A stretch of 64,000 nt of DNA from Coleofasciculus sp. B1-GNL1-01 (GCA_040220235.1 JAVJTO010000092.1), one strand, 5' to 3'. Positions 19,400-31,189 are shown, numbered from the stretch's first letter. The notes: a model not told the origin generated them from the letters alone. Translations and numbers: made by a program.

Positions 19400-20332
19400 A
19401 TGCCAACGCCTCAGATTGCTGCGATTATCTGTACTCACAACCGAGATGCTTATCTGGGTGCTGCCATCGATAGCCTACTAGCCCAAGATTGTGATAATTT
19501 TATTGTCGTAGTGGTCGATAACGCCTCTAGCGATCGCACTCGTGAGATTGTTGAAGCCAGAATCTCCCATCCTCAGTTAAAGTACGTTTACGAACCCGTC
19601 ATTGGTCTTTCCGTGGCACGCAATACAGGCGCAAAAGAAACCACTGCTCCCATTCTCGCCTATTTAGATGATGATGCTGTCGCCAGTCCCCAATGGTTGA
19701 GGGTTCTCCTAGACGCTTATCAACAAAATGAAAAATTGGCAGTAGCTGGCGGTAAAGTCACCCTAATCTGGCCCCCCAGCGTCGAACCCCCCAACTGGAT
19801 ATCCCCAGAACTTGCTGGCAATCTAGGACTTTATGATCTCGGAGATACTGTTGTCTATATCAAAGAACCTGGTTTAACACCCAGAGGCTTAAACTACTCC
19901 ATCCGGCGTACCTTCCTAGAACAAATTGGCGGCTTTGATCCTAATCTAGGGCGTCAAGGTAAAAAATTACTCTCCAACGAAGAATTATACGTGACTGAAC
20001 TTGCCCTCAAACAGGGTTGGCAAGTCGCTTATCTCCCCGATGCCGTAGCCGCCCACAACGTCGCCCCAGAACGCCTCAAAGCAAGCTGGTTTTTGCAGCG
20101 TAGCTGGTGGCAAGGGATTAGCGAGTGTTATCGCGAAGAAGTCGCAGGTCGAACTGGGGTACGTCAGCTAGGACGAGGAGGAGAACGCATCGCCCGGGGA
20201 CTCTATAAATCGGCGAAACATTTGACTGACCCAGCCAAACGGTTTGATAATCTAGTTTATGCTTATGGTCAGATTGGTTACTTACGTGCTGCCATTCAAG
20301 CTATGCTAATCAAACCCAAGGATGAGGGCTGA
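19400..20332 (+). CDS. Glycosyltransferase family 2
   Basis: IICTHNR, VDNASSD, YLDDD, SNEE. Confidence 0.9.
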   Translation: MPTPQIAAIICTHNRDAYLGAAIDSLLAQDCDNFIVVVVDNASSDRTREIVEARISHPQLKYVYEPVIGLSVARNTGAKETTAPILAYLDDDAVASPQWLRVLLDAYQQNEKLAVAGGKVTLIWPPSVEPPNWISPELAGNLGLYDLGDTVVYIKEPGLTPRGLNYSIRRTFLEQIGGFDPNLGRQGKKLLSNEELYVTELALKQGWQVAYLPDAVAAHNVAPERLKASWFLQRSWWQGISECYREEVAGRTGVRQLGRGGERIARGLYKSAKHLTDPAKRFDNLVYAYGQIGYLRAAIQAMLIKPKDEG

Positions 20333-20355
20333 CTTATCAGGGAACAAGGAAGATA

Positions 20356-20545
20356 GGGGAGCTGGGGAAGCTGGGGAAGCTGGGGAAGCTGGGGAAGCTG
20401 GGGAAGCTGGGGGAGATGAGGGAGATGAGGAAGTCGTGAGTTAACTCAAAACTCTACCTTACACTGTTGCCTATTGCCTGTTGCCTATTGCCTGTTGCTT
20501 ATTCCCTATTCCCTATTGACTGACAAATGACAAATGACAAATGAT
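20356..20545. repeat. Nonamer (GGGGAAGCT)n plus heptamer (TTGCCTR)n and (TGACAAA)n tracts
   Basis: Directly visible tandem repeats. Confidence 0.85.
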
Positions 20546-20557
20546 ACATGATAAATC

Positions 20558-21520
20558 ATGAAAAAAGCACTAATTTGCGGCGTATCGGGTCAAGATGGCG
20601 CTTACTTAGCCAAATTACTCCTCAACGAAGGGTATAGCGTCTGTGGTACATCACGGGATGCTCAAATGTCATCCTTTCAGAATCTAGTCCGCCTGGGTAT
20701 CCGTGACCAAGTGAAACTAGAATCAGCCGCCCTCACTGATTTTCGCAGTGTGCTGCAAGTCCTGATGAAAAACCAACCGGATGAGGTCTATAACTTGGCA
20801 GGACAAAGTTCAGTGGGATTGTCGTTTGAACAACCCGTAGAAACCCTAGAAAGTATTTCTATTGGTACATTAAATCTTTTAGAAGCGATTCGGTTTACGG
20901 GTGAACCTATTAAATTTTATAATGCGGGATCGAGTGAATGTTTTGGCGATATTGGCACAGAAGCGGCGGATGAAACAACTCCATTTCGCCCCAGAAGTCC
21001 TTATGCGGTAGCAAAATCGGCTGCCTTTTGGCAAGTGGCAAACTATCGGGAAGCTTACGGTTTGTTTGCTTGTTCTGGAATTCTCTTCAATCACGAATCT
21101 CCCCTGAGACCCCAACGATTTGTGACCCAAAAGATTGTTGCAGCCGTGTCTCGGATTGCCCAAGGTAGCCAAGAAAAGCTTTATTTGGGTAATGTTGATA
21201 TTAAACGAGACTGGGGATGGGCACCAGAATACGTTGAGGCAATGTATAAAATCTTGCAACAAGAAGAACCCGATGATTATGTGATTGCCACAGGAGAGAG
21301 TTACACCTTAGAAGACTTTGTGGTAGAGGCGTTTAATTCAGTCGGTTTAAATTGGCAAGATTATGTGATCACGGATAGGAGTTTGTTCCGACCAACCGAT
21401 TTAGCAGTCAGTCGGGGAAATCCTGCCAAAGCCAGAGAAAAACTCGGATGGCAAGCCCAGTACAAAATGCCTGATATTGTGCGGATGATGGTTCAAGCCA
21501 AGCAAAATTCGGCACAATAA
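20558..21520 (+). CDS. gmd: GDP-mannose 4,6-dehydratase
   Basis: GVSGQDGAYL, NLAGQSSV, YAVAK, LFNHESPLR, RDWGWAPEYV. Confidence 0.9.
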   Translation: MKKALICGVSGQDGAYLAKLLLNEGYSVCGTSRDAQMSSFQNLVRLGIRDQVKLESAALTDFRSVLQVLMKNQPDEVYNLAGQSSVGLSFEQPVETLESISIGTLNLLEAIRFTGEPIKFYNAGSSECFGDIGTEAADETTPFRPRSPYAVAKSAAFWQVANYREAYGLFACSGILFNHESPLRPQRFVTQKIVAAVSRIAQGSQEKLYLGNVDIKRDWGWAPEYVEAMYKILQQEEPDDYVIATGESYTLEDFVVEAFNSVGLNWQDYVITDRSLFRPTDLAVSRGNPAKAREKLGWQAQYKMPDIVRMMVQAKQNSAQ

Positions 21521-21541
21521 AAGTGCATGGTCATTTGTCTG

Positions 21542-23074
21542 TCATTGATCATTTGTCTCAATATCCGTAGAACGCGGACTCAACAAGAAAAGTTCCATCC
21601 TTCGATCACTGCCTAACTGCTTATTGAATGAATCATGGGTGAGGATATCGAAGTTTTCTGCCAAGAATGTCTCTAATAGTGGAGAACTCTGGGAAGACAC
21701 TTGAGTCGCTAACCAAAAGCGCGACTCGATGGATGATAAATCTCTCAACAACTTTTCCAGATCGGATGTCTCTAAAGTACTTGGAAGGATATGTTGATGA
21801 GCTGGGGCGGAACCGTGATAGTAATGGGCTAGCGCCTTGGCATAATACATCGACCAAATAATTACATCACCCGGTTGCTCGTTGGTGTTAATTACTTGGA
21901 CAACGGCTTTATAATTGGGTCGATCTTGAACGGTATAGTAGCGCACCAATCCACCGCCAACGGCTATTGTATAGGCTAACGCAATGGCTATCGCCACGAT
22001 TCGCCACTGACGCCACACTCTGATCAAACCTGCTGCCAGTAGGATGAAAATGTAAGGGCTGACAAATAACAAATAGCGGGTTACCCACAGGGACATTGAG
22101 ATATAGGAAAACGCAAAGATTAAGCCGAGTGGTATAAATGCCCAGGCTGCAACCCAAAACAGCTTTGATGAATTGTGATGTTTATTTTTGATCAGCGCCG
22201 CACCTAATAAGCCCGCCAATAGTCCCGTAAATAGCTTGTAAAACCAGGCGGCGATCGCATTCGACTGCACCGAGAAGGGCCAAACTGTAAAAAACTTCAA
22301 GGTGCGGACAATATCAATTAATTGTGGGGTTCGTCTCCCCGTGACATGTCCTTGCTGGGCGTAGGAGGATGAAGGAGACGCCATGTGAACGACAGACAAT
22401 ACACCTGGAGACCACAAAACCACAATTAGCAGCAGCCATTTACCAAAATCGAACAACACGGCGCGTTGATGGCGGAATCTCCATCCCACCAACAGGACAT
22501 CCGGTATCAGTAACGTCAGGTTAAGCGGCACCGTCAATATGGCTAAGAGTCGCAAACCTGCCCATCCAGCCATTGACGCCAAACTGGGACGCTTCCCTGG
22601 CTCTCTCATCAGGGCGTATGTCAACGCCACGGTACCGCCTAACCCCAAGCAAGTACTCATAGCATACATGCGTACTTCTTGGGCGTGATTGATGAATAGG
22701 GGTGAAAGTGCCAAGATTAGGGCAGCAATTAAGCCTTCTGCTTCTCCTGCTAAACGACGACCTAGCTGATAGACAAGGAAAACACTGGTTATCGCAAAAA
22801 GGACGGATAATCCTCGCAGCCAAGCATCATGATTGCTGACCTGTATCCAAATACTCAGCAGCATATAATAGAGGGGACGAACTAGGTTGTTCGGCGGTAA
22901 TCCCCGTCCCGTTTGAATGTCGGTAACACTGGTGAGTTCATCAATCCAGAATCCTTCTTCTGCGAGTTGGTAAATATAGAGGGTTGCGGCGATTAATCCG
23001 ATTAAGCTAATTGGAAGCCATTGCCGTAGCTTGGCTGCTCGAAGTTTGGCGTTTATCGAGGTAGATGATCCCAT
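21542..23074 (-). CDS. Membrane GT-C glycosyltransferase (PMT/ArnT-like, GT39/83)
   Basis: FWIDE, PLYY, QEVRMYA, RYLLF; multiple hydrophobic segments. Confidence 0.8.
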   Translation of the reverse strand: MGSSTSINAKLRAAKLRQWLPISLIGLIAATLYIYQLAEEGFWIDELTSVTDIQTGRGLPPNNLVRPLYYMLLSIWIQVSNHDAWLRGLSVLFAITSVFLVYQLGRRLAGEAEGLIAALILALSPLFINHAQEVRMYAMSTCLGLGGTVALTYALMREPGKRPSLASMAGWAGLRLLAILTVPLNLTLLIPDVLLVGWRFRHQRAVLFDFGKWLLLIVVLWSPGVLSVVHMASPSSSYAQQGHVTGRRTPQLIDIVRTLKFFTVWPFSVQSNAIAAWFYKLFTGLLAGLLGAALIKNKHHNSSKLFWVAAWAFIPLGLIFAFSYISMSLWVTRYLLFVSPYIFILLAAGLIRVWRQWRIVAIAIALAYTIAVGGGLVRYYTVQDRPNYKAVVQVINTNEQPGDVIIWSMYYAKALAHYYHGSAPAHQHILPSTLETSDLEKLLRDLSSIESRFWLATQVSSQSSPLLETFLAENFDILTHDSFNKQLGSDRRMELFLLSPRSTDIETNDQ

Positions 23075-23195
23075 ATCAGTTTACCCAATTGATAGAGTAG
23101 GTTTTGAGGGAAGAATTATTGCTATTCTACAGGCTTGATCAAAACTAAAATAGGTTACGTTTTGTATACACACCTTAAACCCTCACCTATTACCC

Positions 23196-24419
23196 ATGAA
23201 GATTTTGATGCTCTCTTCTACGTTCCCCTATCCCCCAACCCAAGGAGGGACTCAGGTGAGGACGTTTAACTTACTCAAACATCTCACTGGACATGAGATT
23301 ACCCTACTCACTCAACGCGCTGATGATGTAACTGATGCTGACATTGAAGCATTACGAGAATGGGTGGCTGAGTTGGTCGTTTTTCCCCGTCCCACAACTT
23401 CCAGTCTGAAGGGAGGATTGTTGGGCAAGTTACAGCGCTTCGGTCAGTTTTTACAGCAGGGGATTCCTCCCAGTGTCCTCTCGATATATTCTCCACAATT
23501 ACAGGATTGGGTTGATCAGTGTGTCGAGAAGAATAACGTTGATGTGATTACCTGCGAACATAGCGTCAACGAAATTTATGTGCGTCCGGAGTTTCGCGAA
23601 CAACTGCAAACAGTTGTCAATATCCACAGTTCGGTGTATGGTTCCTGTCGCAATCAGTTGCAAACGGGTACAAGTGAGAATCTCTGGCGCGATCGCTTGA
23701 ATCTGCCTCTGCTTTATCGCTATGAACAGCGCTACTGTGCTAAATTCTCTCATATTGTAGTGACAACGGATGACGATCGCCAACAGATTCAATCCTATAA
23801 TCCCCCCAGTCAGATTGCCGTGATTCCCAATGGTGTAGACTTTAGCCAATTCCCCTATCGCACTGTTGATCCAGGTGGACATCGCTTGACGTTTATCGGC
23901 GCGATGGATAATTTAGCCAATATTGATGCGGTGACGTTCTTAAGTTTAGAGGTATTTCCCGCGATTCAAGAACGGTATCCTGACACAACCTTAACGCTGG
24001 TTGGCGCACGTCCCACCTCTGAGGTATCGGCGCTGGGAAATCGTCCCGGAATTACGGTAACTGGGCGGGTTGCGTCTATGGCAGACTACTTACATCAAGC
24101 CACGGTATGCATTGTTTCGATGCGAACAGGGTATGGGATCAAGAACAAAACCCTGGAGGCGATGGCGGCGGGTGTACCTGTGGTGGGAAGCGATCGCGGT
24201 TTGGAAGGACTGGAGGTTGATCGTCCCAATGTACCATTAAGAGCATTGAGGGCAAACTCGGTTTCCGAGTATGTTGACGCGGTGACTCGCTTATTTGAAG
24301 AGTCTCAACTGAGGCAGGAATTGTCACAAAATGGACGCCAGTTTATTGAGAATAATTATACATGGGAGCGAGCCGCCCAGCTTTATGAACAAGTCATCCT
24401 AAATCCGGGGTTGGAATAA
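23196..24419 (+). CDS. Glycosyltransferase family 4
   Basis: IPNGVD, GIKNKTLEAMAAGVPVV, YTWE. Confidence 0.9.
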   Translation: MKILMLSSTFPYPPTQGGTQVRTFNLLKHLTGHEITLLTQRADDVTDADIEALREWVAELVVFPRPTTSSLKGGLLGKLQRFGQFLQQGIPPSVLSIYSPQLQDWVDQCVEKNNVDVITCEHSVNEIYVRPEFREQLQTVVNIHSSVYGSCRNQLQTGTSENLWRDRLNLPLLYRYEQRYCAKFSHIVVTTDDDRQQIQSYNPPSQIAVIPNGVDFSQFPYRTVDPGGHRLTFIGAMDNLANIDAVTFLSLEVFPAIQERYPDTTLTLVGARPTSEVSALGNRPGITVTGRVASMADYLHQATVCIVSMRTGYGIKNKTLEAMAAGVPVVGSDRGLEGLEVDRPNVPLRALRANSVSEYVDAVTRLFEESQLRQELSQNGRQFIENNYTWERAAQLYEQVILNPGLE

Positions 24420-24817
24420 GGCAGAGGGCAGAGGGCAGAGGACTCCAAGGGGTAGAAGGAAAAAGTTTTTCAGGGATAAAGAGGATAACAAAAGCCGCTT
24501 TAGTATAACCCAAGCGATTCAAGTTCCCTCCCCTTGACAAGGGGAGGGTTAGGGAGAGATCATTTTTCAGCTTAAATTTCCATTGAAGATATCTGCTTCA
24601 GGGAATAGTCTGTCAATAATTTGTGATCAAAAATTAACAATAAATTATCTATATAAATAATTTATGATTCAAACCTTAAAATGTTTATATAATTGAGTAA
24701 AACTGTTTGATGAAATAGATATAATTCACCAGCCAATTTTAATAAATGCCATCTCAATTCATCATTAATCCCGATAAAATCGAATTTATGACCATTTTGG
24801 GGGGAATTTAAAGCATT

Positions 24818-26035
24818 ATGAAAATTCTCATCCTCTCTGCCACATTTCCTTATCCACCCACCAGCGGCGGCACTGAGGTTAGAACGTTTAACTTACTCAA
24901 GGCTCTGAGTGAGCGTCATCAGATTACCCTGGTGACTCAACGCACTGATGATATTTCCGAGACTGAGGTGGAAAAATTGCAGGAGTGGGTCGAAGAACTC
25001 GTCGTTTTCCCTCAACCCAACGGCTCAGAGAACAACAGTGGACTGCGGTCAAAGGTGCAGCGCTTGAGTACATTCCTGCAACAAGGAACGCCTCAAAGTG
25101 TATTAAAACACTACTCCCCAGAGATGCAGGAGTGGGTAAACCAGGCAATCGAGTCAGGAAACTTTGACGTGATCACCTGCGAACATAGTATGAATGAAAT
25201 CTATGTTCGCCCCCAATGGCGAGAGAAGTTGCGAACCGTCGTCAATATTCATAGTTCCCTCTATCGCAAGCAGCGCCATCAGTTAGATGGAAAACCAGCA
25301 GATAAGCAGCTACGAGAGCAATTAAATTTACCCCTACTGCGTCGTTACGAAGAGCGATATTGTGGCAAGTTTACCAATATTGTCGTTGCCACTCCTAAAG
25401 ATCGGCGTCAGATAGAGGATTATGAACCCGAGGGCAAGATTACGCTAGTTCCCAATGGCGTTGATTTTAAACAGTTTCCCAAGCGTGTCTCTGATCCGGG
25501 AGGACAGCGATTAGTGTTTGTCGGCGTCATGGATAGCCCGACAAACGTTGATGCGGTACGTTTCTTTAGCTTGGAAGTATTCCCAGAGATTTTACGACGG
25601 TATCCAGAGGCAACGCTAGAAATTGTTGGCGCACGCCCTGTATCTGAGGTGTTAGAGTTGCAGGAACGTCCGGGAATTACGGTAGCAGGGCGGGTGAGTT
25701 CAACCGTAGAGTATTTGCATAAGGCTACAGTTTGCGTGATTCCCCTGCGGACTAGCTATGGGATTAAAAACAAAACCCTAGAAGCCATGGCAGCAGGAGT
25801 CCCGGTGGTGGCAAGCGATCGCGGTTTGGAAGGATTGCCTGTCGATGGTGGAGATGTCCCCCTGCGGGCATTACGGGCGAATGAACCCGCTGAGTATGTG
25901 TATGCGGTGAGTCGCTTATTTGAGAACCGTCAGCTTCGCAAACAACTCTCAGACAATGGGCGATCGCTGGTTGAGCAGAAATATACCTGGAAACGGGCGG
26001 GGGAACTATATGAGAAGGTATTAATGGGGAATTAA
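24818..26035 (+). CDS. Glycosyltransferase family 4 (tandem paralog of 23196-24419)
   Basis: Colinear: DVITCEHS, VVNIHSS, GIKNKTLEAMAAGVPVV. Confidence 0.9.
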   Translation: MKILILSATFPYPPTSGGTEVRTFNLLKALSERHQITLVTQRTDDISETEVEKLQEWVEELVVFPQPNGSENNSGLRSKVQRLSTFLQQGTPQSVLKHYSPEMQEWVNQAIESGNFDVITCEHSMNEIYVRPQWREKLRTVVNIHSSLYRKQRHQLDGKPADKQLREQLNLPLLRRYEERYCGKFTNIVVATPKDRRQIEDYEPEGKITLVPNGVDFKQFPKRVSDPGGQRLVFVGVMDSPTNVDAVRFFSLEVFPEILRRYPEATLEIVGARPVSEVLELQERPGITVAGRVSSTVEYLHKATVCVIPLRTSYGIKNKTLEAMAAGVPVVASDRGLEGLPVDGGDVPLRALRANEPAEYVYAVSRLFENRQLRKQLSDNGRSLVEQKYTWKRAGELYEKVLMGN

Positions 26036-26040
26036 CCCAA

Positions 26041-28134
26041 ATGGTCTATCCTTCTATGGTTTGGATTCTGCATCATGCAGAGCAAATGGACTGGGAAGAT
26101 GGCATGGCACGCAGGGCGATGTCTTGGGCTTTAGAAGAAATTGGGTCTCTAGGTGATCCAGCCTTGGTCGAGCAATTGCAGCCACTACTGAACCCTCACC
26201 ACAAATGGTTCTCCTACTGCTCCTACAAAGCCTTACGTGCCATTACTCAGTTAGGAGGCACAGCAGCACGGGATGCGCTTCTACCGCTACTGCTAATCAA
26301 TCCCCATCAAGATCAGAGCCTCCCATACTCTGCGGTGCAAGGGATTGGGACTTTGGCAGCGCAGGAAGTCAACTGTGATGTCGCGATTGAGCCGCTACTG
26401 CTCTTATTAGCCGGCGATTTCAATTGGACGCGAGTGCAGCAGGCACTGGTGAACATTGGTGCTACCGCCGTGCCATTTCTGCTTGAGCTAATCCACCCTC
26501 GGGAAGATTACGGGCTACAAGAGCGTGTTTTAGAGGTATTGAGCGACATCAGAGATCGCCGCGCCGAAGCACCACTGATTCGCTCTCTTGAATGGGCTCC
26601 TAACGGTCTCCGTCGCTTCATACTAGAGTGCCTTGCCAGCATCGGCGGTACAAAAGTTGAAGCGCTGCTGATCGACGCTTTGCAAACACCGGATGTCAGT
26701 CAACGGATCAATGCTCTCTATGGACTAAGTAGACTAGCACAGCCTCAAGATCAGCGGCTGTTGGAATTGCTAGAGAGGGCGTTGCAAGATCAGGCGTTAA
26801 GGAAATACCAATATTGGATTATTCAAATTCTGGGGCGTTTGGGTCATCCTGATGCCTACCCATTGATTGCCCCATTTGCCACTGCCGAGAATGAACCTAA
26901 TTTGCGTCGAGTAGCATTGATAGCTTTGGGACATTTAGGCGATCTCCGAGGCTTGGATGTGATTATAGGTGGTTTACAGGAACCGACACAAGATGTATAT
27001 GTAAAGAAAGCGGCGATCGCAGCCTTGGGTCAGTTTGGTGATCGGCGTGGCGTCGCCGCGATCGCGGAAAACATTCGCCAGCGTCAGCACCACTCTCTCT
27101 ATGAGGAAGAGAAGCTTGCCCTCAAGCAGTGTGGCTTGGCGGCTGTCCCTGTACTGCTGCGGTATCTCAAGTCGCCTGACTTTCCGGCGCAGAAAGCCTT
27201 GGCAATAGAATGCTTGGAGCAAATTGCTCAAGATCCACAGCTAGGACCGAGGCTTGGAGAAATGCGACAGTCCAAAAGTGAGTCCTTGCTGAGGCGACTT
27301 CAGAGAATTTCCATCCCTAGAAGTCACACTGGGATGATTGCGATCGCGATGGTTCTAGTTAGAGCGGGTAATCAGCAAGCTATTGATCACCTACTGGCGT
27401 TACTGCCCAAAGCTGGATTCGCCATTTGCCCCGCCTTGGCGCTCCTAGAGGTCAATGAATCCAATAGAAGGGTGATACCGCCACTCATTCAGCAGGCAAA
27501 AGAACGTTGGTTGATCACTTCATCATGTCTTGAGATATTTGTTAAGTTTCACGCCACAGAAGCTATTCCTGTGCTGATCGAACAATTAAGCCGCGAGACT
27601 TGGCAACCCATCTGTGGGTATCAGTACCATCTAGAAATGGATTGGCAAATCAGAACCCAAGGTGGCATTTTGCCTGAGAAAACTGGGTGGCGTGTGTCTC
27701 CCATTCGCGGTCCAATACTTGAAGCCCTGACCCAGCTCAGCGGTCAAGAGGGTCTTTCACTCCTGTTTGAGATTTGGCAGAACCCTGAGCATCCTAGCCG
27801 AGCTGATGCGGGACGAGCGATGGGATTTTTGGGTCAGTTAACTTATTCCCATTTAGTAGATGCTTTGAACCATCGGGACGAGGTAATTTGTGTGGAAGCG
27901 ATTCAAGCATTAGGTCGCATAGGTCTACCTCGTGCAGTTCCAGCCTTAATCCATTGTCTAGACGATAGCAGAACGTCGATTCGCTTAGCAGCAATCGCAT
28001 CTCTACGCTGGATTGGCGACCCAGTGTCCGCTCCAGCCGTTGAGAGGCAGTTGTCTGATCCAGATCCAGAGATTCAAGACACAGCCCGTCGAGCGCTCTG
28101 TCGTTTTGCAAGTGATCAGTTAGACAACTTCTAG
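26041..28134 (+). CDS. HEAT/PBS-lyase repeat protein
   Basis: Recurrent ALG.LGD..A...L motifs throughout. Confidence 0.8.
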   Translation: MVYPSMVWILHHAEQMDWEDGMARRAMSWALEEIGSLGDPALVEQLQPLLNPHHKWFSYCSYKALRAITQLGGTAARDALLPLLLINPHQDQSLPYSAVQGIGTLAAQEVNCDVAIEPLLLLLAGDFNWTRVQQALVNIGATAVPFLLELIHPREDYGLQERVLEVLSDIRDRRAEAPLIRSLEWAPNGLRRFILECLASIGGTKVEALLIDALQTPDVSQRINALYGLSRLAQPQDQRLLELLERALQDQALRKYQYWIIQILGRLGHPDAYPLIAPFATAENEPNLRRVALIALGHLGDLRGLDVIIGGLQEPTQDVYVKKAAIAALGQFGDRRGVAAIAENIRQRQHHSLYEEEKLALKQCGLAAVPVLLRYLKSPDFPAQKALAIECLEQIAQDPQLGPRLGEMRQSKSESLLRRLQRISIPRSHTGMIAIAMVLVRAGNQQAIDHLLALLPKAGFAICPALALLEVNESNRRVIPPLIQQAKERWLITSSCLEIFVKFHATEAIPVLIEQLSRETWQPICGYQYHLEMDWQIRTQGGILPEKTGWRVSPIRGPILEALTQLSGQEGLSLLFEIWQNPEHPSRADAGRAMGFLGQLTYSHLVDALNHRDEVICVEAIQALGRIGLPRAVPALIHCLDDSRTSIRLAAIASLRWIGDPVSAPAVERQLSDPDPEIQDTARRALCRFASDQLDNF

Positions 28135-28185
28135 AATTTTTTGCTTGACACAAAGATTCGACCGTGGGATGAGAGTCGAGGAAAG

Positions 28186-29580
28186 CTAACCACTACTCGC
28201 TAACGATTCTGTCGTTACTGGGGGAACGTCAGGTGTTGATTTATCCTCATGCAAGCGATCTAAAATCTCAATCACTTCTCGCTCAAAGGATACCTGGGCG
28301 CGGTTAGTTCTCCCCCCCACATAAAAGCGATCGCCTTTTTGTAATGCCCAAATTTGGGAGTGAGACACGTAACTCATAATTACACCCACCATCAGCAAAC
28401 CAAAGCCTGTATACACAATCGGAATTCCCGGATCAGCTTTTATTTGTAAACCCGTACTGCCGATTAATTCCTTAAGACGCAACGTTACCCCATTCACTTG
28501 GGTACTCATTCCAGAACGCACGGTGGAGACTAATTTACCCTTGGCATCATACACCAAAACTGTCCCCTGTAAATCTTTTGCCAACAATGAAGCCCCTTCA
28601 CTTAAATCCGGTTTCGTCGGTACCCACGTCCCCCAGATGCGCCCATTCCCCTGGGTATCCAGTTTCGCCATGGGTAACTGGAAAATCGGACTGTTATTTA
28701 ACTGTACCCGCACCGCCGCGATTCCCCAGTCGGTTTGGTAGAAGGTGACACCTTGATGGCGCAGGGGTTTGTTCACATAAATGGTTTCTCTGTCAATCTC
28801 TTGTTCCTGGTTATCCACTACCGATAAATCGGAATAAAACTGATCAATTCCGCCTTCGGGGGTGTAGTCAATCCAGAAGCGATTAACATGAATCCCCCAA
28901 TCTTGAGGAACCTGAGATTTTGCCCAGGGACCCGCATCAATAATATTTCTGACGTGAAAGGTTGCACCACTGGGAACCATTTCCTGTGCCATAAATCCCG
29001 TCATTGCGCCCCAAATTGCCCCACCCAGAATAATCAGCATACTGGCATGAACCACAATTGGACCAATCCGCCCGACGATTCCTTTGCGGGCGTAGAGGCT
29101 ATCTCCTTCTTGAAATACCCGATAGCGCTTGGCTTGCAGCAGTTGGGATAAGGAATTCACCGAACCCGTTTCTAGTTCAGCGCTGAGTGCTAATTTCTGA
29201 AACTGACGTGGTTCTTTGTAATAATTCCAGCGACGAGCGGCTTTCAGGGCGGGAAATTGACGAGTAAACGTGCAAGCGGTGAGGCTACTGCCAAACAGAA
29301 CTAGGATTGACAAAAACCACCATGTCCGGTATACATGGTCTAATCCTAAGAATAGGAGCACTTTCCAGGTTAAGAACCCAAATAAGGCGGGATTTTCGGG
29401 ATAATTGGCTTGATAAAAGGCAAGAGATTGACCCTGTTCGATAACGGTGCCACTGATACTGAAAAGAGCGATCGCGAGAAGGAGTGCGATCGCCAGTCGC
29501 AAATCTGCTAAAAATGATAGGATATAACGCCGGAACCAACGTCCGACAGGATTAGGCACAGATTGATTATCTAACGTCAT
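28186..29580 (-). CDS. ccsB: Cytochrome c biogenesis protein Ccs1/CcsB (ResB family)
   Basis: [34 protein letters not shown]. Confidence 0.92.
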   Translation of the reverse strand: MTLDNQSVPNPVGRWFRRYILSFLADLRLAIALLLAIALFSISGTVIEQGQSLAFYQANYPENPALFGFLTWKVLLFLGLDHVYRTWWFLSILVLFGSSLTACTFTRQFPALKAARRWNYYKEPRQFQKLALSAELETGSVNSLSQLLQAKRYRVFQEGDSLYARKGIVGRIGPIVVHASMLIILGGAIWGAMTGFMAQEMVPSGATFHVRNIIDAGPWAKSQVPQDWGIHVNRFWIDYTPEGGIDQFYSDLSVVDNQEQEIDRETIYVNKPLRHQGVTFYQTDWGIAAVRVQLNNSPIFQLPMAKLDTQGNGRIWGTWVPTKPDLSEGASLLAKDLQGTVLVYDAKGKLVSTVRSGMSTQVNGVTLRLKELIGSTGLQIKADPGIPIVYTGFGLLMVGVIMSYVSHSQIWALQKGDRFYVGGRTNRAQVSFEREVIEILDRLHEDKSTPDVPPVTTESLASSG

Positions 29581-29584
29581 TTAA

Positions 29585-30325
29585 TTAAAAAATTCCCCCA
29601 GGAATCCGAGACAGCAGCGAAAAGACGCCGAATCCGACTAATAAAGCCCCACTCACGGGTGTAATCCAACTTGACCATTGGCGTACTTCTAATAATTTCT
29701 TGATCGAAGCGGTAAACGTACCCGCCACAATCAACGGGGTAACATAACCTGCCGTATAGGATAATAGCAGAACCCCGCCTAAAACCCAGTCTTGGGTACT
29801 CGCCACCCAAGCCAGTAACGTTGCTAAAACGGGTGTACTGCACGGCGAGGCGACTAAACCAAAGGTTAAACCAATCAGATAGGAACGTATCCCCTTGGGC
29901 AAATCGGGGGAAATCCACTCCATTCCGCCAAAAGACGGTAATTGTAAGGGTAAGGCTTCGAGTAGGTTTAGCCCCATGATAATCGCAATCAGGCTAACAA
30001 TTATCGGTAACCCAACACCCACTTGCCCATACACCCGCCCCACCGATGCGGCTAAAATCCCCAATCCAGCCAGAGTGGTGGCTAACCCCAAAGCAAACCA
30101 AGTCGATTGAGTCGCGGCTTGCAGGCGTCCTTTGGCTTCATAGCCGCCAATGTAGCCTATTGTGATCGGCAGCATAGATAGCATACAAGGAGTAAGGCTA
30201 GTCAGCAACCCAGCCGCAAAGATAATCCCGATGCTCAATGCACTCAGATGGGTAAGCTGATTACCAACCAGATTATCGGCAAATTGTTCCAGTTGGTACA
30301 GTTGAGTTTGTAAGGTGTCAATCAT
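29585..30325 (-). CDS. ccdA: Cytochrome c biogenesis protein CcdA
   Basis: SLTPCMLSMLP and ASPCSTPVL redox motifs; upstream of ccs1. Confidence 0.92.
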   Translation of the reverse strand: MIDTLQTQLYQLEQFADNLVGNQLTHLSALSIGIIFAAGLLTSLTPCMLSMLPITIGYIGGYEAKGRLQAATQSTWFALGLATTLAGLGILAASVGRVYGQVGVGLPIIVSLIAIIMGLNLLEALPLQLPSFGGMEWISPDLPKGIRSYLIGLTFGLVASPCSTPVLATLLAWVASTQDWVLGGVLLLSYTAGYVTPLIVAGTFTASIKKLLEVRQWSSWITPVSGALLVGFGVFSLLSRIPGGIF

Positions 30326-30409
30326 GCGCTGGGTAATTCACCAAATGCCTGTTCTGTAAGAATTTTAACGTATGGAACTCATGAAGCCGTCAAAATGTAA
30401 GCCGCCATC

Positions 30410-30493
30410 GTGTGTTAGCGGAACAAAGTGGAGCGTAACGCACCGATTTTTAAAGGATTGGGTGCGTTACGCTGTCGCTAACGGCACCCTACT
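30410..30493 (-). repeat. Short REP-like hairpins (GGTGCGTTA..TAACGCACC family)
   Basis: Related copy at 31331-31360. Confidence 0.65.
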
Positions 30494-30538
30494 CACTTGC
30501 TTTACAGGTATGACAAATGACGATCACTACCGTTAACT

Positions 30539-31189
30539 TTAATTATCCCCACCTACTTCGTGGAGAACTTTGCGATAACGCACTTTGAGAATGAGTCCGA
30601 GGGTGATTTGTTTCATCACCCAATAAAATACTGTCAACACGATAAAGGTGACAAACATGACCAACAGGGGACGTTTAGCCGTTAAATCGTCAACGACGGT
30701 TTGGGCTAAATCCTCCGGTTGTGTAACTAAATCCCAACTATTAAATCGGAGGAATCGTCCTAAATAGATACCAACCGCGCATAGGGCATGAGTAATCAGT
30801 TCAGCCGGAAGCGTAAATTTACCCATACCTTGCTTTTGTAAATAGTATCCTAAATTAATTAACGAGATAACGTAAGCTTCAAAGCCCAGTAGAATAACAC
30901 TTAGATGTTGCGGAATTAATACCAACGTAATCACCCAGACGGAATAGTCACGGCGAACCGCATCAATTAGGTGGATGATATCCGTCAACAGATAAGGTGC
31001 ATTGGGTAAGAACGCCATGAAAACAATGAAACCTACCCACCACAAAAGGTTACGAGAGCCAGAAGATCGGCGAAAGAGCCAAACGCTTAAAGCTAAGGGG
31101 ATAAACGCCAGAAATAAATTCCAAGCCATCCAACCGCTATGGCGATGCCACGCTTTCCAGGCATCCCTTAATAGAAATCTGAAAGACAT
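30539..31189 (-). CDS. DUF1361-like membrane protein
   Basis: WNLFLAFIP, FLPNAPYLLTD, GIYLGRFLRFNSWD. Confidence 0.8.
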   Translation of the reverse strand: MSFRFLLRDAWKAWHRHSGWMAWNLFLAFIPLALSVWLFRRSSGSRNLLWWVGFIVFMAFLPNAPYLLTDIIHLIDAVRRDYSVWVITLVLIPQHLSVILLGFEAYVISLINLGYYLQKQGMGKFTLPAELITHALCAVGIYLGRFLRFNSWDLVTQPEDLAQTVVDDLTAKRPLLVMFVTFIVLTVFYWVMKQITLGLILKVRYRKVLHEVGGDN